Below are positions 11,101-21,120 of a DNA stretch of 64,000 bases, piece by piece (position 1 is the first letter of the stretch; every line of letters begins with the position of its first letter). The stretch comes from Nitrosopumilus sp. (lineage in GTDB: Archaea; Thermoproteota; Nitrososphaeria; Nitrososphaerales; Nitrosopumilaceae): assembly GCA_965203315.1 (NCBI GenBank), contig OZ241857.1, positions 1,216,001 to 1,280,000 of the forward strand, in the 5' to 3' direction. Position numbers and translations under genes: made by a program. The notes under the pieces were generated by a model. It was not told the origin of the DNA. It saw only the letters and a list, made by a program, of their open reading frames with translations, and searched no databases.

Positions 11101-12543
11101 GAAAAGAGTGGCATTGTACATAAAATGTTGCCAAAATGTGTTCAAGATCATTCTCCCATCAAACAATCTACAAAGATATTAAAAACAGGAGATATCCAAA
11201 TAAACTATACCAGTCCACATAACTTTGCAGATGGAACAACATTTACAACAATTAAAAACGACGCTGGAACATTTACGGCGATATCATCAGATCCTACTTT
11301 AATATCCAGCAATACAAAGAAATTCGAATATACAAATGTAATTCCATACAATACAATAAACACGGATAATGATCATCTCGGTATAAGATCATTCTTTTTC
11401 ATACCCAGTAATACAATAAACAGTACAATGATATTTAGTAATAATAGTAATGGAATGCCACTATTTTACAAAGCAGGTTCAATTGCAATACAATTACCCA
11501 ACGCTACCAGCGGTACCACGTTTGTATCTGGTACTCTTGATGGTCTAACTGGTACAGTATATGTTCCATCTGGAAATACTATAACTTTGGACGATCCAGT
11601 ATTTTGTGAGTTTGGTGTTACAAAACCAAAACAAGTTGCCAAGATATTTGATCTAGATCTAAAATTCAAAAATGTAACTCAGGGATTAGAAGTTACATAC
11701 CAGTTTGAAAAACAAACATTTCAATCTGGAACTGGTACGGTCAAAGAAGTAAAACCGAACATATTACATTGGATTGCACAGGCTGGTTCTTATTTTGCCA
11801 CAGGTGAAACGACAGACAAAATAACCAAGGACTATACATTTACAATCCCGTTAAGATTGCCAAACAATTATGATATTATAATATACGGTACAAATAAACA
11901 AGAAAGTAAAATACAAGGCATGTATAGAGATTCATCATTACGATATGGTGAACAGTTTGTAAACCCAATGCCAATGCTTCCGTTACCAGTAATTCAAATC
12001 ACACTACCCGCATTTGAAAAATATGACACCAATGGTCGAACGATCGATCTATACCACGGCATAAACAATAGAATGAGAATAGACACCGCGTACCAAGAAG
12101 GTGGAACCGCGTACCACATTAATGATAAAGCTGAAATCATAATGTTCCGCGACACGTGGATTACAAATAAACAGTTTACAGCCAGTGGTGGGCAGTACTG
12201 TTATGTGGGAGATTTACGAGTCAATCAAAATACAACTCTGGATAGTACAACTCTTAAAGTAGAATTTAGAAAATCCGCTGATAAAACGAGATGTAATGGT
12301 TCACCAGAAATAACACTTGATGATAAATTGATCCTAGATAAAGAGATCTTTGTAAGATTTGTAGGAGCAGATGGTAAAACACCATTTTATAATACTGGAA
12401 CAGATGTGGATATTCCAAAATGTTCTAATGAGAACTTTGATTCTACAAATCAATTGATTGGCAATACTGAGATATGTTATGGTAAGGATAATAATGATAC
12501 AATACTAGTCTCAAAAATACTTGCTACATTTGGTGTTAAATAA
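8149..12543 (+). CDS. Large secreted S8 (subtilisin-like) serine peptidase with repeated C-terminal modules
   Basis: Signal peptide and prodomain. Catalytic VVDGG, THGTQVA, SAGN and SGTSFASP are intact. Three Cys-pair repeats, Pro-rich linkers and a duplicated ~175-aa domain. Confidence 0.93.
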   Translation: MRFFILILISVLTITSISQAYAEEINMAEKFDPGFYDRLQMMVDRQRTPPDGTPYGATQLDDSYNVIIYVARHNVNSDLSEDTDKNKEKIVSILNGIGARDIMVAKSLSFITATVPIDSIAELAKHDIVYQIGDGEERIEAHVDKAKKIVLGRATDIPIYNEERVTGKGIKVSVVDGGINSIYLNDKVTKRIYCPSGTCTVQNGLFHGPVLHDLGLLNGTSPTTHGTQVAQIIAASGMSQNNGIAPGVTLLDALSSIEYPNHRSRSPYPSGTAFAHTLDWSYTQGADVINISMGSSWACYPAPIASTLNIIVDEVVEKGIVFVTSAGNRGLSQTGNAEYNTITAFSCAHNSITVGGIDSRTSSVKMHPHSSRGPSHDRTPILKPDLVAPAVHFNLLDSSIRDSHRKLASGTSFASPLVAGTVALMLEGNTHLEPHDVKALLLLGANWTGPVPCTSKQFEQNNPRDNCSFAKQPTNKNTANGKDGLKILNNVGFGILNTKQAVQYANQPELYISDQITSKDKTKMFTINITDTTKPVKIILNWLVEPPGDIIKKRTGIVLFPIIDLNFNVQCASGQTLDATSRYQTTEFVVFKPTAKGKCNITVTAPDTGRAAYFETFNFRVNNIQQDFTIASTVPFVKNTPLTIPIPIQCGAGTSLVNGTCVSNISTPPQCEQGRLVANQCVPNTPPPQSNVPTNNSAANPGQQPIPQPINKPVPANNNSASLPQQDDQIIQINISGEKYDTNGRTIDLYHGINNRMRIDTAYQDGGTTYHINDKAYITIFRDTWITNKQFEASGGQYCYVGDLLVGQDADISQNHTNSLNIQFRKSTDPDRCIGSPNIDLTGKLVLGKEVYVRFVGANGQTPFYYNGSDIIEILKCSSANFTSTTNTLKDSTEICYGKDGNDTILVSKILAVFGVTTNDIPKIRITPPLPPPPQCEQGTTLVEDQCVPNTPPPPVQTINPMAQLLVQDYNTYKNIINGDQIDQEKSGIVHKMLPKCVQDHSPIKQSTKILKTGDIQINYTSPHNFADGTTFTTIKNDAGTFTAISSDPTLISSNTKKFEYTNVIPYNTINTDNDHLGIRSFFFIPSNTINSTMIFSNNSNGMPLFYKAGSIAIQLPNATSGTTFVSGTLDGLTGTVYVPSGNTITLDDPVFCEFGVTKPKQVAKIFDLDLKFKNVTQGLEVTYQFEKQTFQSGTGTVKEVKPNILHWIAQAGSYFATGETTDKITKDYTFTIPLRLPNNYDIIIYGTNKQESKIQGMYRDSSLRYGEQFVNPMPMLPLPVIQITLPAFEKYDTNGRTIDLYHGINNRMRIDTAYQEGGTAYHINDKAEIIMFRDTWITNKQFTASGGQYCYVGDLRVNQNTTLDSTTLKVEFRKSADKTRCNGSPEITLDDKLILDKEIFVRFVGADGKTPFYNTGTDVDIPKCSNENFDSTNQLIGNTEICYGKDNNDTILVSKILATFGVK

Positions 12544-12546
12544 AAA

Positions 12547-12830
12547 GGCGATTAGTTATCTGGGCCCTAACATGTACTGAACCAATAAATCAAACAGGTC
12601 GCAATCTAGGTTATTGTATCACTACTCCATCTCCTTGACATAGAGTAGAAATTTATTTGGACTCACACCTCGATACTTTACCAAGTTCAATTTTACAAAG
12701 CCCCAGAATCCTTCCATTCCGTCGATGTGCACTTTGCCCCTCGCAAGATGTTTTGGTGATCAACTGATTCTCGCTTGTATCCATGAAAGACCAGAGTGTC
12801 ATATCCTTTCCATTTGTCTGCATTCATGCT
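12547..12830 (-). mobile_element. IS1595-family transposase remnant
   Basis: End GGCGATTAG...CCCTAA. Minus strand KVHIDGMEGFWGFVK...YVKEME. Homologous to 47930-48041 and 3145-3529. Confidence 0.75.
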
Positions 12831-12859
12831 TGATTATTACCGATTCATTATCACCCATC

Positions 12860-12931
12860 TACGAGATCCTATAAGGAAAAATTACGGGAAAAGCCTTGCG
12901 GAATGTCATCCCACGTAAACCGAAAAGATCC
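12860..12931. mobile_element. MITE family D, half copy
   Basis: Ends ATCCCACGTAAACCGAAAAGATCC, as in 21008-21120 and 32485-32734. Confidence 0.7.
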
Positions 12932-12972
12932 GTTGAGACATATTTATTAACTAAAAATAGAGTACTGTATAC

Positions 12973-13350
12973 ATGACGTGTGTTATGAATCAAGTCATAA
13001 AAGAGATCAGTAGTAAATCTAGAGAGTTTTACGAGTTTGTCTTACCGCCAGTCGATATGTATAGTACCAAAGACAAGTTGCGTATAGTTGTAGATATGCC
13101 AGGGTTTGCAAAGAACGATATCGATCTCGTCTTGTGTGGTAATGTACTATCTATAAAGGCAATAAAGTCTGACGAACAGTCAGATACACTAATCCTAAAG
13201 CAACGACCAAATATCATAGACAAGAAGATACGACTTCCAATACACATCAAGGAAGGTCATGAAGAGATCGAGTCTGCAAAGTATGCAGAGGGGATTCTAG
13301 AACTAGTAATACCCATTGAAAAGAAGGGTAAAGAGATTACGATAGAGTAG
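12973..13350 (+). CDS. Small heat-shock protein (Hsp20 family)
   Basis: PPVDMY...VDMPGF...SAKYAEGILELVIP alpha-crystallin motif. Confidence 0.92.
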   Translation: MTCVMNQVIKEISSKSREFYEFVLPPVDMYSTKDKLRIVVDMPGFAKNDIDLVLCGNVLSIKAIKSDEQSDTLILKQRPNIIDKKIRLPIHIKEGHEEIESAKYAEGILELVIPIEKKGKEITIE

Positions 13351-13353
13351 ACA

Positions 13354-14934
13354 TTAGTTATTTCTGAGTAGATAGGATCCTATCATTATTATGCCAGAGC
13401 ATACGACTCCAGCAACTGCTACTAGTTCGTTTGTAGTGTATAGTATCATTGAACCAAGAAATACACTAGAAGCAAATATGCTTCCTGCTATCAACACAGT
13501 CTTTTTTGGGCGACGCATATGTTCACGAAACTCGTCGATGGTGTTTCTCATCTCTGGTCCAATCTTGATTGCAGCGTCTATAGACTTTACAAAGTTGTCA
13601 AGTGTTATCTTGATCTCTTCTACATATGCACGACTGATCAGATTCTCTTCTTCTAGTATACTTTGTAATACCTTGACGAATCTAAAGTCAACATCATGCG
13701 TCTTGTATATTCCTTCAATAATTGATGCCATTCTCATGTATAGTGCCAAATTCTTTGGTAAGACAAATGGGAAACGACTCATGGTTTGGTTTGCAAACTC
13801 GATCAAACTCTGAACCTGCATCTCGTCTGGTCTATTTCCATGCATTGCAGAAATTGATAGTTCTATTCCTTTCTCCATTACAGCTCGATTGTATCCAGGA
13901 GTGAGCATTCCTAGATCACTCATTGCATTTACAACACGAGATGGGCTCTTTTCAACTAGTGCTAGATATAGCCGGATCAGTTTGTGACGAGTCTCTTCGT
14001 TTATTCGACCTACCATTCCATAGTCGTATAAGATAAGCTTGCCATTATCGGTCACAGAGATGTTACCCGGATGAGGATCAGCATGAAATATAGAATATTT
14101 TAGCAACATGGTAAAGAATACTTTGTGTACGTCTATTACGAGTTGTTTACGATCTATTCCCTTCTCCTCGAGTGCTTGTACGTTTGTAACCTTGATGCCT
14201 GGTAAATACTCCATAGTAAGTACATTCTTGGATGAGTATTGATCAAAGACTAAAGGTACTAGTACATTATCTGACTGCTCCATGTTGCGTTTGATCCGTT
14301 TGAGATTTTTAGATTCGTTGGTATAGTCGAGCTCTTCATGGATCGTCTCGATGAACTGTGCCAACATTGCTTTTGCAGAGAAACGTAGATTCTTGTCTAC
14401 AAATCGTAGACCTAGTGGTAGGATCTTTTTGAGGATCTTGAGATCTTGTTCTACTACCAACTCTATTCCAGGTCGTTTAACCTTGATGACTATTTGTTGA
14501 TTAGAGATCACACCTCTATACACTTGACCAAGAGATGCTCCAGATATTGGATCTGGATCTATACTATCAAAGTGTTCATCGATAGGTCCTAGATCATCTT
14601 CTATTATTGGCTTCACTTGATCAAATGGTGCGGAAGGAACGCTATCTTGAAGTTTTGCTAGTTCCTCGAGATATGGTTGTGGTAGAATATCTGCTCGAGA
14701 TGACAACCATTGACCCAACTTTATGTATACCGGTCCAAGTGTAACAAAGACATCCAAAAAACGCCTAGCATGCCTACGAAATGACTCAGAATCAATCTGA
14801 TTCTCTTTGCTGTTGATCCACAGCTGTCGATCTCTGCGTAAAGCGAGGATTGATGGAAACAGTTTGACAAATACGCGAATCATTCGAATCGTCGACATGC
14901 TCTCACTTGTCTTTGAGTCTCCTAGTTGCCACAT
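13354..14934 (-). CDS. AarF/UbiB/ABC1-family kinase (start may be 14898)
   Basis: LGPVYIKLGQ, ASLGQVY, IKVKRPG, FHADPHPGN, YDYGM. Confidence 0.93.
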   Translation of the reverse strand: MWQLGDSKTSESMSTIRMIRVFVKLFPSILALRRDRQLWINSKENQIDSESFRRHARRFLDVFVTLGPVYIKLGQWLSSRADILPQPYLEELAKLQDSVPSAPFDQVKPIIEDDLGPIDEHFDSIDPDPISGASLGQVYRGVISNQQIVIKVKRPGIELVVEQDLKILKKILPLGLRFVDKNLRFSAKAMLAQFIETIHEELDYTNESKNLKRIKRNMEQSDNVLVPLVFDQYSSKNVLTMEYLPGIKVTNVQALEEKGIDRKQLVIDVHKVFFTMLLKYSIFHADPHPGNISVTDNGKLILYDYGMVGRINEETRHKLIRLYLALVEKSPSRVVNAMSDLGMLTPGYNRAVMEKGIELSISAMHGNRPDEMQVQSLIEFANQTMSRFPFVLPKNLALYMRMASIIEGIYKTHDVDFRFVKVLQSILEEENLISRAYVEEIKITLDNFVKSIDAAIKIGPEMRNTIDEFREHMRRPKKTVLIAGSIFASSVFLGSMILYTTNELVAVAGVVCSGIIMIGSYLLRNN

Positions 14935-15262
14935 ATGCTAGAGAACCAAGCAGTATTGATGATATAATCTTGGAGGGAATGGATCGATTAGGTTTCAGGA
15001 CTCCACCTAGTACTGCACATCCAAGTGCAACTAGTATCTCTGGCTCATCATGTACTAGATGACCAATCGGATCTACACGTGGATCTACTGCATCGGTGTG
15101 AACTAGAAATTTATCTGAATACTCTCTTATGTGCAAGTTTCCATAACGATACTGTCGGATCGAGTCGTTTCTATGACCAAGAATTGTCTCCTCTGCATCA
15201 TCTAGCATAAATTCTCGTATCTCTTTTGGAACGACAATCTCATCGCTTGACATCGATCGCAA
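14903..15262 (-). CDS. Conserved hypothetical membrane protein
   Basis: QYRYGNLHIREY...HTDAVDPRVDPIGHL, C-terminal hydrophobic hairpin. Confidence 0.7.
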   Translation of the reverse strand: MRSMSSDEIVVPKEIREFMLDDAEETILGHRNDSIRQYRYGNLHIREYSDKFLVHTDAVDPRVDPIGHLVHDEPEILVALGCAVLGGVLKPNRSIPSKIISSILLGSLAYVATRRLKDK

Positions 15263-15498
15263 TAGAGAGACTGTCGTTTATAATTCTAAGGTAAAGTTGT
15301 GTGAGATCTAGCAGACAGAGACCATTTTACTAGGCGTTGTCTGTATCACATATCAAAAGATCCACAGACGAATGTTTTAGTGAGTTGGTTTTTGATTTGT
15401 AAAGAAATATCAGTGTCTAAAATTCAGTTTTGTGCCTATTCATCGGACAGTGTCCTACAGCATTGAGAATTTAATAGGCAAATATTGTACAATATATT

Positions 15499-16728
15499 AT
15501 GAAGATTGGTGAGTTTATCTACCCATGGGGTGGCGGTCATTACTCTAGAATGATGAGGTTGAATGCAGTACTCGATGATCATGTTGATAATTATGAGATA
15601 CATTATGCAAGTAAGGGCCATGTGTATGAAAAGCTTCAAAGACGCTTTCCAGATGCATTAGATAAAATTCATAAAATATTGATGCCCACTCCTATTGATG
15701 GCAAGTTTGGACCTAGCATTACACTATCATTAATGAACATACTCTTGCCTGTGGCAAATAATCCTCCACTTGTAAATCAAATTGCAAATTATTTGAGAGA
15801 AGAACGTCTATTGTATGACAGGCTTCACTTTGATCTAGTCATAAATGATGGCGATATGGGCTCAAACGTTCTAGCAAACAATAGAAATATACCTAGTCTC
15901 TTTATCACGAACCAATTTCGTCCCAAGCTGTATAGTACAAGAATGTATCTCTATCCGTCAGCTGTATTTATTGCAAAGCAGATAAGCAAGGCTACAAAGA
16001 TTCTTGTAGCTGACTCGCCGCCTCCATATACAATCTGTAAATACAACCTAAACTTTACTGATAATATTAAAGATAAAGTGGTATATGTAGGTCACTTTAC
16101 AGAATCAACAGAGATCAAACGCAAATCAGAGACAGATTTGGAGAAATTAATCAAAGGTAAAGAGTTTGGGTATTGGATGCGTACTGGTAACAAATCAACA
16201 AATGATGTAACCGGACAGCGATATGACAAAATATTTGCTGATCAAAGAATGATACGTGAATGTAGAATAGTCTCCCATGCGAGAGATGATTCTAGCATAG
16301 ATCGTGTAATTGGTAAAGATGGCAAGATATACACAGTATCAGATGCTCTAGATAAAGACATAGATTGGTTACAGATCGATATAGGATTTTTAACTGACCA
16401 AGAGAAGGACTCGGTTCTAAACGAGTCTAGATATGTTGTGATAAATGGATCACATACAGTAATGGGTGAGATTATTGGAGGTAAGGCAAAGCCGATAATT
16501 GGAATGCCCATATACGATGAACATACAAACAATATCAAATGGGCCGCAGAGCAAGGACTAGGCGTACTTGCTACAAGGACCAACACTGCGATCGGTGCAA
16601 TACATGAGATAAAGACAAATTATGAAAAGTTTGAAGAGAGTTTAGCAGATTTTGTGAAAAATTTTGTCTCTACTGGTGCTACAAACTCGGCAAAGATAGC
16701 AGCAGAGATGTTGGAAGAAAAGAGATAA
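15499..16728 (+). CDS. Glycosyltransferase (GT-B fold, GT28/MurG-like)
   Basis: WGGGHYSR, DLVINDGD, NGSHTVMGE...KPIIGMPIYDEH. Confidence 0.85.
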   Translation: MKIGEFIYPWGGGHYSRMMRLNAVLDDHVDNYEIHYASKGHVYEKLQRRFPDALDKIHKILMPTPIDGKFGPSITLSLMNILLPVANNPPLVNQIANYLREERLLYDRLHFDLVINDGDMGSNVLANNRNIPSLFITNQFRPKLYSTRMYLYPSAVFIAKQISKATKILVADSPPPYTICKYNLNFTDNIKDKVVYVGHFTESTEIKRKSETDLEKLIKGKEFGYWMRTGNKSTNDVTGQRYDKIFADQRMIRECRIVSHARDDSSIDRVIGKDGKIYTVSDALDKDIDWLQIDIGFLTDQEKDSVLNESRYVVINGSHTVMGEIIGGKAKPIIGMPIYDEHTNNIKWAAEQGLGVLATRTNTAIGAIHEIKTNYEKFEESLADFVKNFVSTGATNSAKIAAEMLEEKR

Positions 16729-16751
16729 TAGAATATCTGTATGTGTTTGGT

Positions 16752-16824
16752 ATGTCTGGCACGCGGGATGTTCGATGGGCGAACTGACCGCAAGGGATGA
16801 CGAAAAAATCCGCGTGTCAGATGT
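16752..16824 (+). ncRNA. Candidate structured small RNA with K-turn and GNRA loop
   Basis: GC-rich island in AT-rich DNA. 12-bp stem TCTGGCACGCGG / CCGCGTGTCAGA with a G-U pair, and internal CTGA-CC-GCAA-GG-GATGA. Confidence 0.6.
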
Positions 16825-16884
16825 ATTAGCATATCTCTAAATTTTGAATAATGTAAATTATCTAAAAATTTGTAAAATATAGAA

Positions 16885-16938
16885 TATGATAGCACGTATG
16901 ATAGCATATACAATAGCATATACAATAGCATATACAAT
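16885..16938. repeat. Degenerate 12-bp tandem repeat, about 4 copies
   Basis: ATGATAGCACGT ATGATAGCATAT ACAATAGCATAT ACAATAGCATAT. Confidence 0.7.
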
Positions 16939-17006
16939 AAATGAATTGTGTAATTAACTTTGTGTGTTTTTGGTTTTTAGTACTATTACTAGAAAATCGT
17001 ATGAGG

Positions 17007-18614
17007 TTAGGTCTCACGCACAACTTTTAGGAGTGTATCATAGACGTTGAGACCTTGTTGCTCCCATGTTGTTACACATGTAAAGATATTGCCAACTCGT
17101 CGTTTACTCTCCTCAGATACAATACGTTGAGTTACCTTGCGGAATAGCACCATTGATCGTATAGCTCGCTCTGCTCTGTTGTTTGTGTATTCCATACCAT
17201 AGTACAGCACAAACGTGTATAGATCATCTGCAGCATTAGCTAAATGAACTCCAAATTTGCGACAAGCTTCGTTGTCTAGTTTCTTGTACTCTGCTGCAAG
17301 TGATAATGTCTTTTGCACTAGATCATCTACTCTGTATTTTAGGTATATGTCCACATGATTGGGATTGTCCACCTGTAGTGCTTTTGCAATTTCAAGTAGT
17401 TTTTGTAATCTTTTGTACATTAGTACAGTATGTACGTCACACATTGTATCTTTTGCATTTCGCAGTATGTGCGCCCAACAACGTTGCCGTACATTGAATA
17501 GCTTGTACACGGCATATCCATCCGACACGAGTGGTATCAGAATATACTTTTTGAACGTTTTTTCAAGAAACTTTTTTGTACGATCTGGCGATATGATAAA
17601 TTGCGTACCATAATCGCCGACAAGAACCCAGACCCATCCCAATTTCGCAGCAAGGGACATCGACGTCTCGTCCATGTAGATTACCTTGGATTTTAGGTTC
17701 ATTCTCTCTATTTTTTTGACATATTTGTCTAGTTTATCGGCAATCGTGTCTATTGCACCCGTTACCATCTTTTTAGATATACATGGGTCTAGGCATTGAA
17801 GAGTACTAGTTATTGTTCTGATACTACAGCCATTCTTTCTCATTATGGTTGCAATCACGCCTAGAATTGGGCACAACATTGTGTTGTGTAGTATGTCTGG
17901 GATGCTGTCGAATGTATCGCCTGATGCGCCACAATCTCTACAGTTGTAAAAGTATCCTATATGGAGTATGTGCAATATTATGATCTGTATGTCAATCGTT
18001 CTCTTTTGTCTAGACCTCTTGTTGTCAACATGCTTACTGCCACATCCATCACACTTTTCTTTTTTATGATGTTTTGTCTTGTCTGTTTTTATGTTGTCGG
18101 AAACTCCTTTGTGACCCTTGTCTTGTCCTGCTTTTTTCCATTCGCTTTTAGATTTTCTTGTACCCTTTTTTACATGATCTGGTTGTTTTGATGACGGTAC
18201 GTTAGAATTGTCGAGCTGCTTGCGTCTCGTTTCTTTGTTCTTGGCCTGTGCTGTTTGTACCTCTATCTTTTCTTTTTTACCCTCTATCTTTTTTCTGGTG
18301 TTACGAATCTTGGTCTGTGATAGTTGTTGACCACGTTCTATTATCTTGATCATCCTTTGGAATACATTAAAACAATCATTGATTGAATTTGGAGATACTT
18401 GAAGTCCCATAATTGTAGCAAGTAAAATCTCGTACAGTTTCATATTCATTCTCTCATGCTTTGCAACTTGTTTTTGTAGACTCGTAATGGTCTCTTGTTG
18501 TTGTTCGATGGTATCATTTTGCTGCTTGACAGTATCCTCTAGATCTGCTATCTTGGTAGCCGTCTCTCTATCTTTCTTGGCCTTTTGTCTCGCGATCTGT
18601 CTAGACATTGTCAT
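17007..18614 (-). CDS. IS66-family transposase (TnpC)
   Basis: Coiled coil, NSNVPSS, GQDKGHKG, Zn finger, MDETS, VSDGYAVY, QRCWAHILR, TNNRAERAIR. TIRs not located. Confidence 0.93.
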   Translation of the reverse strand: MTMSRQIARQKAKKDRETATKIADLEDTVKQQNDTIEQQQETITSLQKQVAKHERMNMKLYEILLATIMGLQVSPNSINDCFNVFQRMIKIIERGQQLSQTKIRNTRKKIEGKKEKIEVQTAQAKNKETRRKQLDNSNVPSSKQPDHVKKGTRKSKSEWKKAGQDKGHKGVSDNIKTDKTKHHKKEKCDGCGSKHVDNKRSRQKRTIDIQIIILHILHIGYFYNCRDCGASGDTFDSIPDILHNTMLCPILGVIATIMRKNGCSIRTITSTLQCLDPCISKKMVTGAIDTIADKLDKYVKKIERMNLKSKVIYMDETSMSLAAKLGWVWVLVGDYGTQFIISPDRTKKFLEKTFKKYILIPLVSDGYAVYKLFNVRQRCWAHILRNAKDTMCDVHTVLMYKRLQKLLEIAKALQVDNPNHVDIYLKYRVDDLVQKTLSLAAEYKKLDNEACRKFGVHLANAADDLYTFVLYYGMEYTNNRAERAIRSMVLFRKVTQRIVSEESKRRVGNIFTCVTTWEQQGLNVYDTLLKVVRET

Positions 18615-18753
18615 AATTGGTAATGTTTGGATTTAGCCTAGATTATCTAGAAAAGTTGTCCCTTTTGGTAGATCTTTTAAACCTAACCTCGTACAGAAAA
18701 TCTAAAGATTGTGTAGAACGATATGTAGATTTGCCACAAACTCTAGTAATCAT

Positions 18754-20718
18754 TCAGTCAAATCTCTCATCATTAATAATATCTGGATATGATCTCGGAT
18801 CTTCATTTGTATCTAAATATGTATCTGCCTCAGGATTGAGAAACAGACTTGTATCAATACTAAATAGAGCTCGTCTAACTCGTTCATTTATTGGAAGGTC
18901 TTTCATACCATAGCGCTTACATGCAAATTTTAGCATTCTAGGTGTGTATGCAGTCATAGAACCAGAAGGATGTATTGTATTCTGAATCTCTGTTGACTGG
19001 TAGATCATTTCACCAAATTTAATCTCCATCGCAGAGTTAATGTCCTCGTCTCGTAGAATAGGTAGTATATAATTAATATATTCACTAAATCGCTGACGTA
19101 GTATCTGACCTGTATTTCTACTAAGCAAGAATTCAGCAAATACTTCACCACCCTCTGATTTACACCTAACACTAGGAAATCCGCAGAACATTTTGACTTT
19201 GTTCTTCTTAAATCCCCATACAGATCTACCAATCATCTCTTCTGACTGATCTGGATCAAAATCTGCCTCATCTTGTAAAGTCTCAGATATCGTGTCATCT
19301 AGATACCACACATTGTGTTGTTTATCATACCAGCAGTTGTTGTAGATATCTTTTTTATTCGTGTTGTCCGGATTTGAAAAATCTTCTAATACTTCTCGTG
19401 TGTTATCTCTATTTGATAATAAACCAGATAATTGCTCATAATCAACGCATTTTACATCTACAGGATAATGTCCTTCTGGTGTATCTAATCTATCTATCAT
19501 ATACTCGATCCATTCATCATCGTATTCATCCGTAAAGTTTTGTAATGGTTCATCTTTACACCATAATTTGTATAAAAGTTCAACTCTTTTATCATAGTAT
19601 CTAATAGACTCTGCTCGGTTTTTATTAGTACAAGCTGCAACTAGTACCAACTCGGAGTTATTGTCTCTAATATAGTCTAGTTTCTCTTTAAGGTCTAAAA
19701 AGTTTTCATCTTGTTCTAATCTAGAACGAACTTTATCAGAGTTGTCGTCGAATTTAGCAAGTGCTTCTAGATCTTTTTTATATTTACCCAGTCCTTTTTC
19801 TATAAAACGTGCTAATCGTGTATGTCTTTGAGAAAATGCACGTTGGCGCTCTTCTGCATCTGTTATAGATGTGATCAAATTTATGTCCCAATCGTTTAGT
19901 TTACACGCCATAATTAGATTAAATTCTACATCTGAAAAATATGGAGAAAACTTTCCAAAAGTGAATTTGGTATGATCTTTAAGATAATCTACAAAATCTT
20001 CATCCATACTTCTAGCTAGTCCATATAGTTCATTATGACTAAGTTTAGAATAATATTCATTTATTTCTGAGAAACTATATTTTTTCTTGTAATCAAAATT
20101 TGTAAATTGTTCTCTAATCGATAAAGATATTGAATCACGATCAGCTATTTTTGGCAGAACTAGATCAAAAGAGAAGACAGGATCACTAAGGATGGGTAAT
20201 GTATTGTCCCATCCAATGGTAATACCATTTTTACGATCTCTGATAAACATTACATGTTCAAAGCTCACATCAGTCGATATTCCCTTGGCAGTCTCGTGGA
20301 CAATACCTTTGTTTGTAACATATAACAGCCCTTTCTCTTTATCGATACTAACATTGGGACATGTAGATACGATGTGCTCATTTGGTCGAAGATATAACAA
20401 TCCGTCCTTATTCTTTGATATTATCTTTTGTGATACAAGTTCATCAAAGATCTTGCTACAAAGTTTTGCTGATTTGATCTCATCTGTACCTAGATTGAAC
20501 ATCTCTGTCTCACATCTGGTTGGATCGGAATCGTCTTTTTTATAATATATGCGAATTCCTGTATCTTTTATCGGTACAATAGAACGGACAGTCTTTATGG
20601 GAACAGACCATACAGTCTCTTCATCATTGTAAACTTTGATCAATGAGGGTGTAATCTCTAGTATCTGATCACCTCGTATTGGGACATTAATAAGCATTTT
20701 TTTTCTAGCCAATCTCAT
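18754..20718 (-). CDS. Orphan 654-aa protein with N-terminal PH-like domain(s)
   Basis: Long AT-rich ORF. LRPNEHIV...GLLYVTNKGIV...DVSFEHV resembles the bacterial PH/GRAM pattern. Confidence 0.6.
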   Translation of the reverse strand: MRLARKKMLINVPIRGDQILEITPSLIKVYNDEETVWSVPIKTVRSIVPIKDTGIRIYYKKDDSDPTRCETEMFNLGTDEIKSAKLCSKIFDELVSQKIISKNKDGLLYLRPNEHIVSTCPNVSIDKEKGLLYVTNKGIVHETAKGISTDVSFEHVMFIRDRKNGITIGWDNTLPILSDPVFSFDLVLPKIADRDSISLSIREQFTNFDYKKKYSFSEINEYYSKLSHNELYGLARSMDEDFVDYLKDHTKFTFGKFSPYFSDVEFNLIMACKLNDWDINLITSITDAEERQRAFSQRHTRLARFIEKGLGKYKKDLEALAKFDDNSDKVRSRLEQDENFLDLKEKLDYIRDNNSELVLVAACTNKNRAESIRYYDKRVELLYKLWCKDEPLQNFTDEYDDEWIEYMIDRLDTPEGHYPVDVKCVDYEQLSGLLSNRDNTREVLEDFSNPDNTNKKDIYNNCWYDKQHNVWYLDDTISETLQDEADFDPDQSEEMIGRSVWGFKKNKVKMFCGFPSVRCKSEGGEVFAEFLLSRNTGQILRQRFSEYINYILPILRDEDINSAMEIKFGEMIYQSTEIQNTIHPSGSMTAYTPRMLKFACKRYGMKDLPINERVRRALFSIDTSLFLNPEADTYLDTNEDPRSYPDIINDERFD

Positions 20719-21007
20719 AATGATGAGACATGCTGTAGTTTTAATATTTTTGTATTACATCTGATACTCTGATGTGTTCTTTACAATGTCTCAGATTGCA
20801 ATTCTATTTGATTGGAATACAGATTACTCTGCCGACAACGTATTTTTGAAGGGTTGTGTATATGCTTCACATACCAGATTCTTTAGTAGAGTTTGTAGTA
20901 TGGGTGTTCATGTAACATTAATTTTGAACAGTATAGATGTAAATAAGATAGAGAATGTTAGGTTTGTGCAATGTATTGTAATTTTCTGACACTAGAACTC
21001 AACTCTA

Positions 21008-21120
21008 GGATCTCTTCGGTTTATATGGGATGACATTTTGCAAGACTTTTTTCTAATTTTCCCTCATAGAATCTTGTAGTGTTTTTTCTGTAACCATTCT
21101 CACATAAACCGAAAAGATCC
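21008..21120. mobile_element. MITE family D, complete copy
   Basis: TIR GGATCTCTTCGGTTTAT / ATAAACCGAAAAGATCC. Confidence 0.85.

Noticed and set aside
10360-12540. Diversity-generating retroelement TR/VR pair in the S8 gene
   Set aside because: Both copies are in-frame coding, differences are mostly synonymous and not adenine-specific, and there is no reverse transcriptase in the window.
16770-16806. Hammerhead ribozyme
   Set aside because: The core reads CUGACCG, not CUGANGA, and the stems do not fit.
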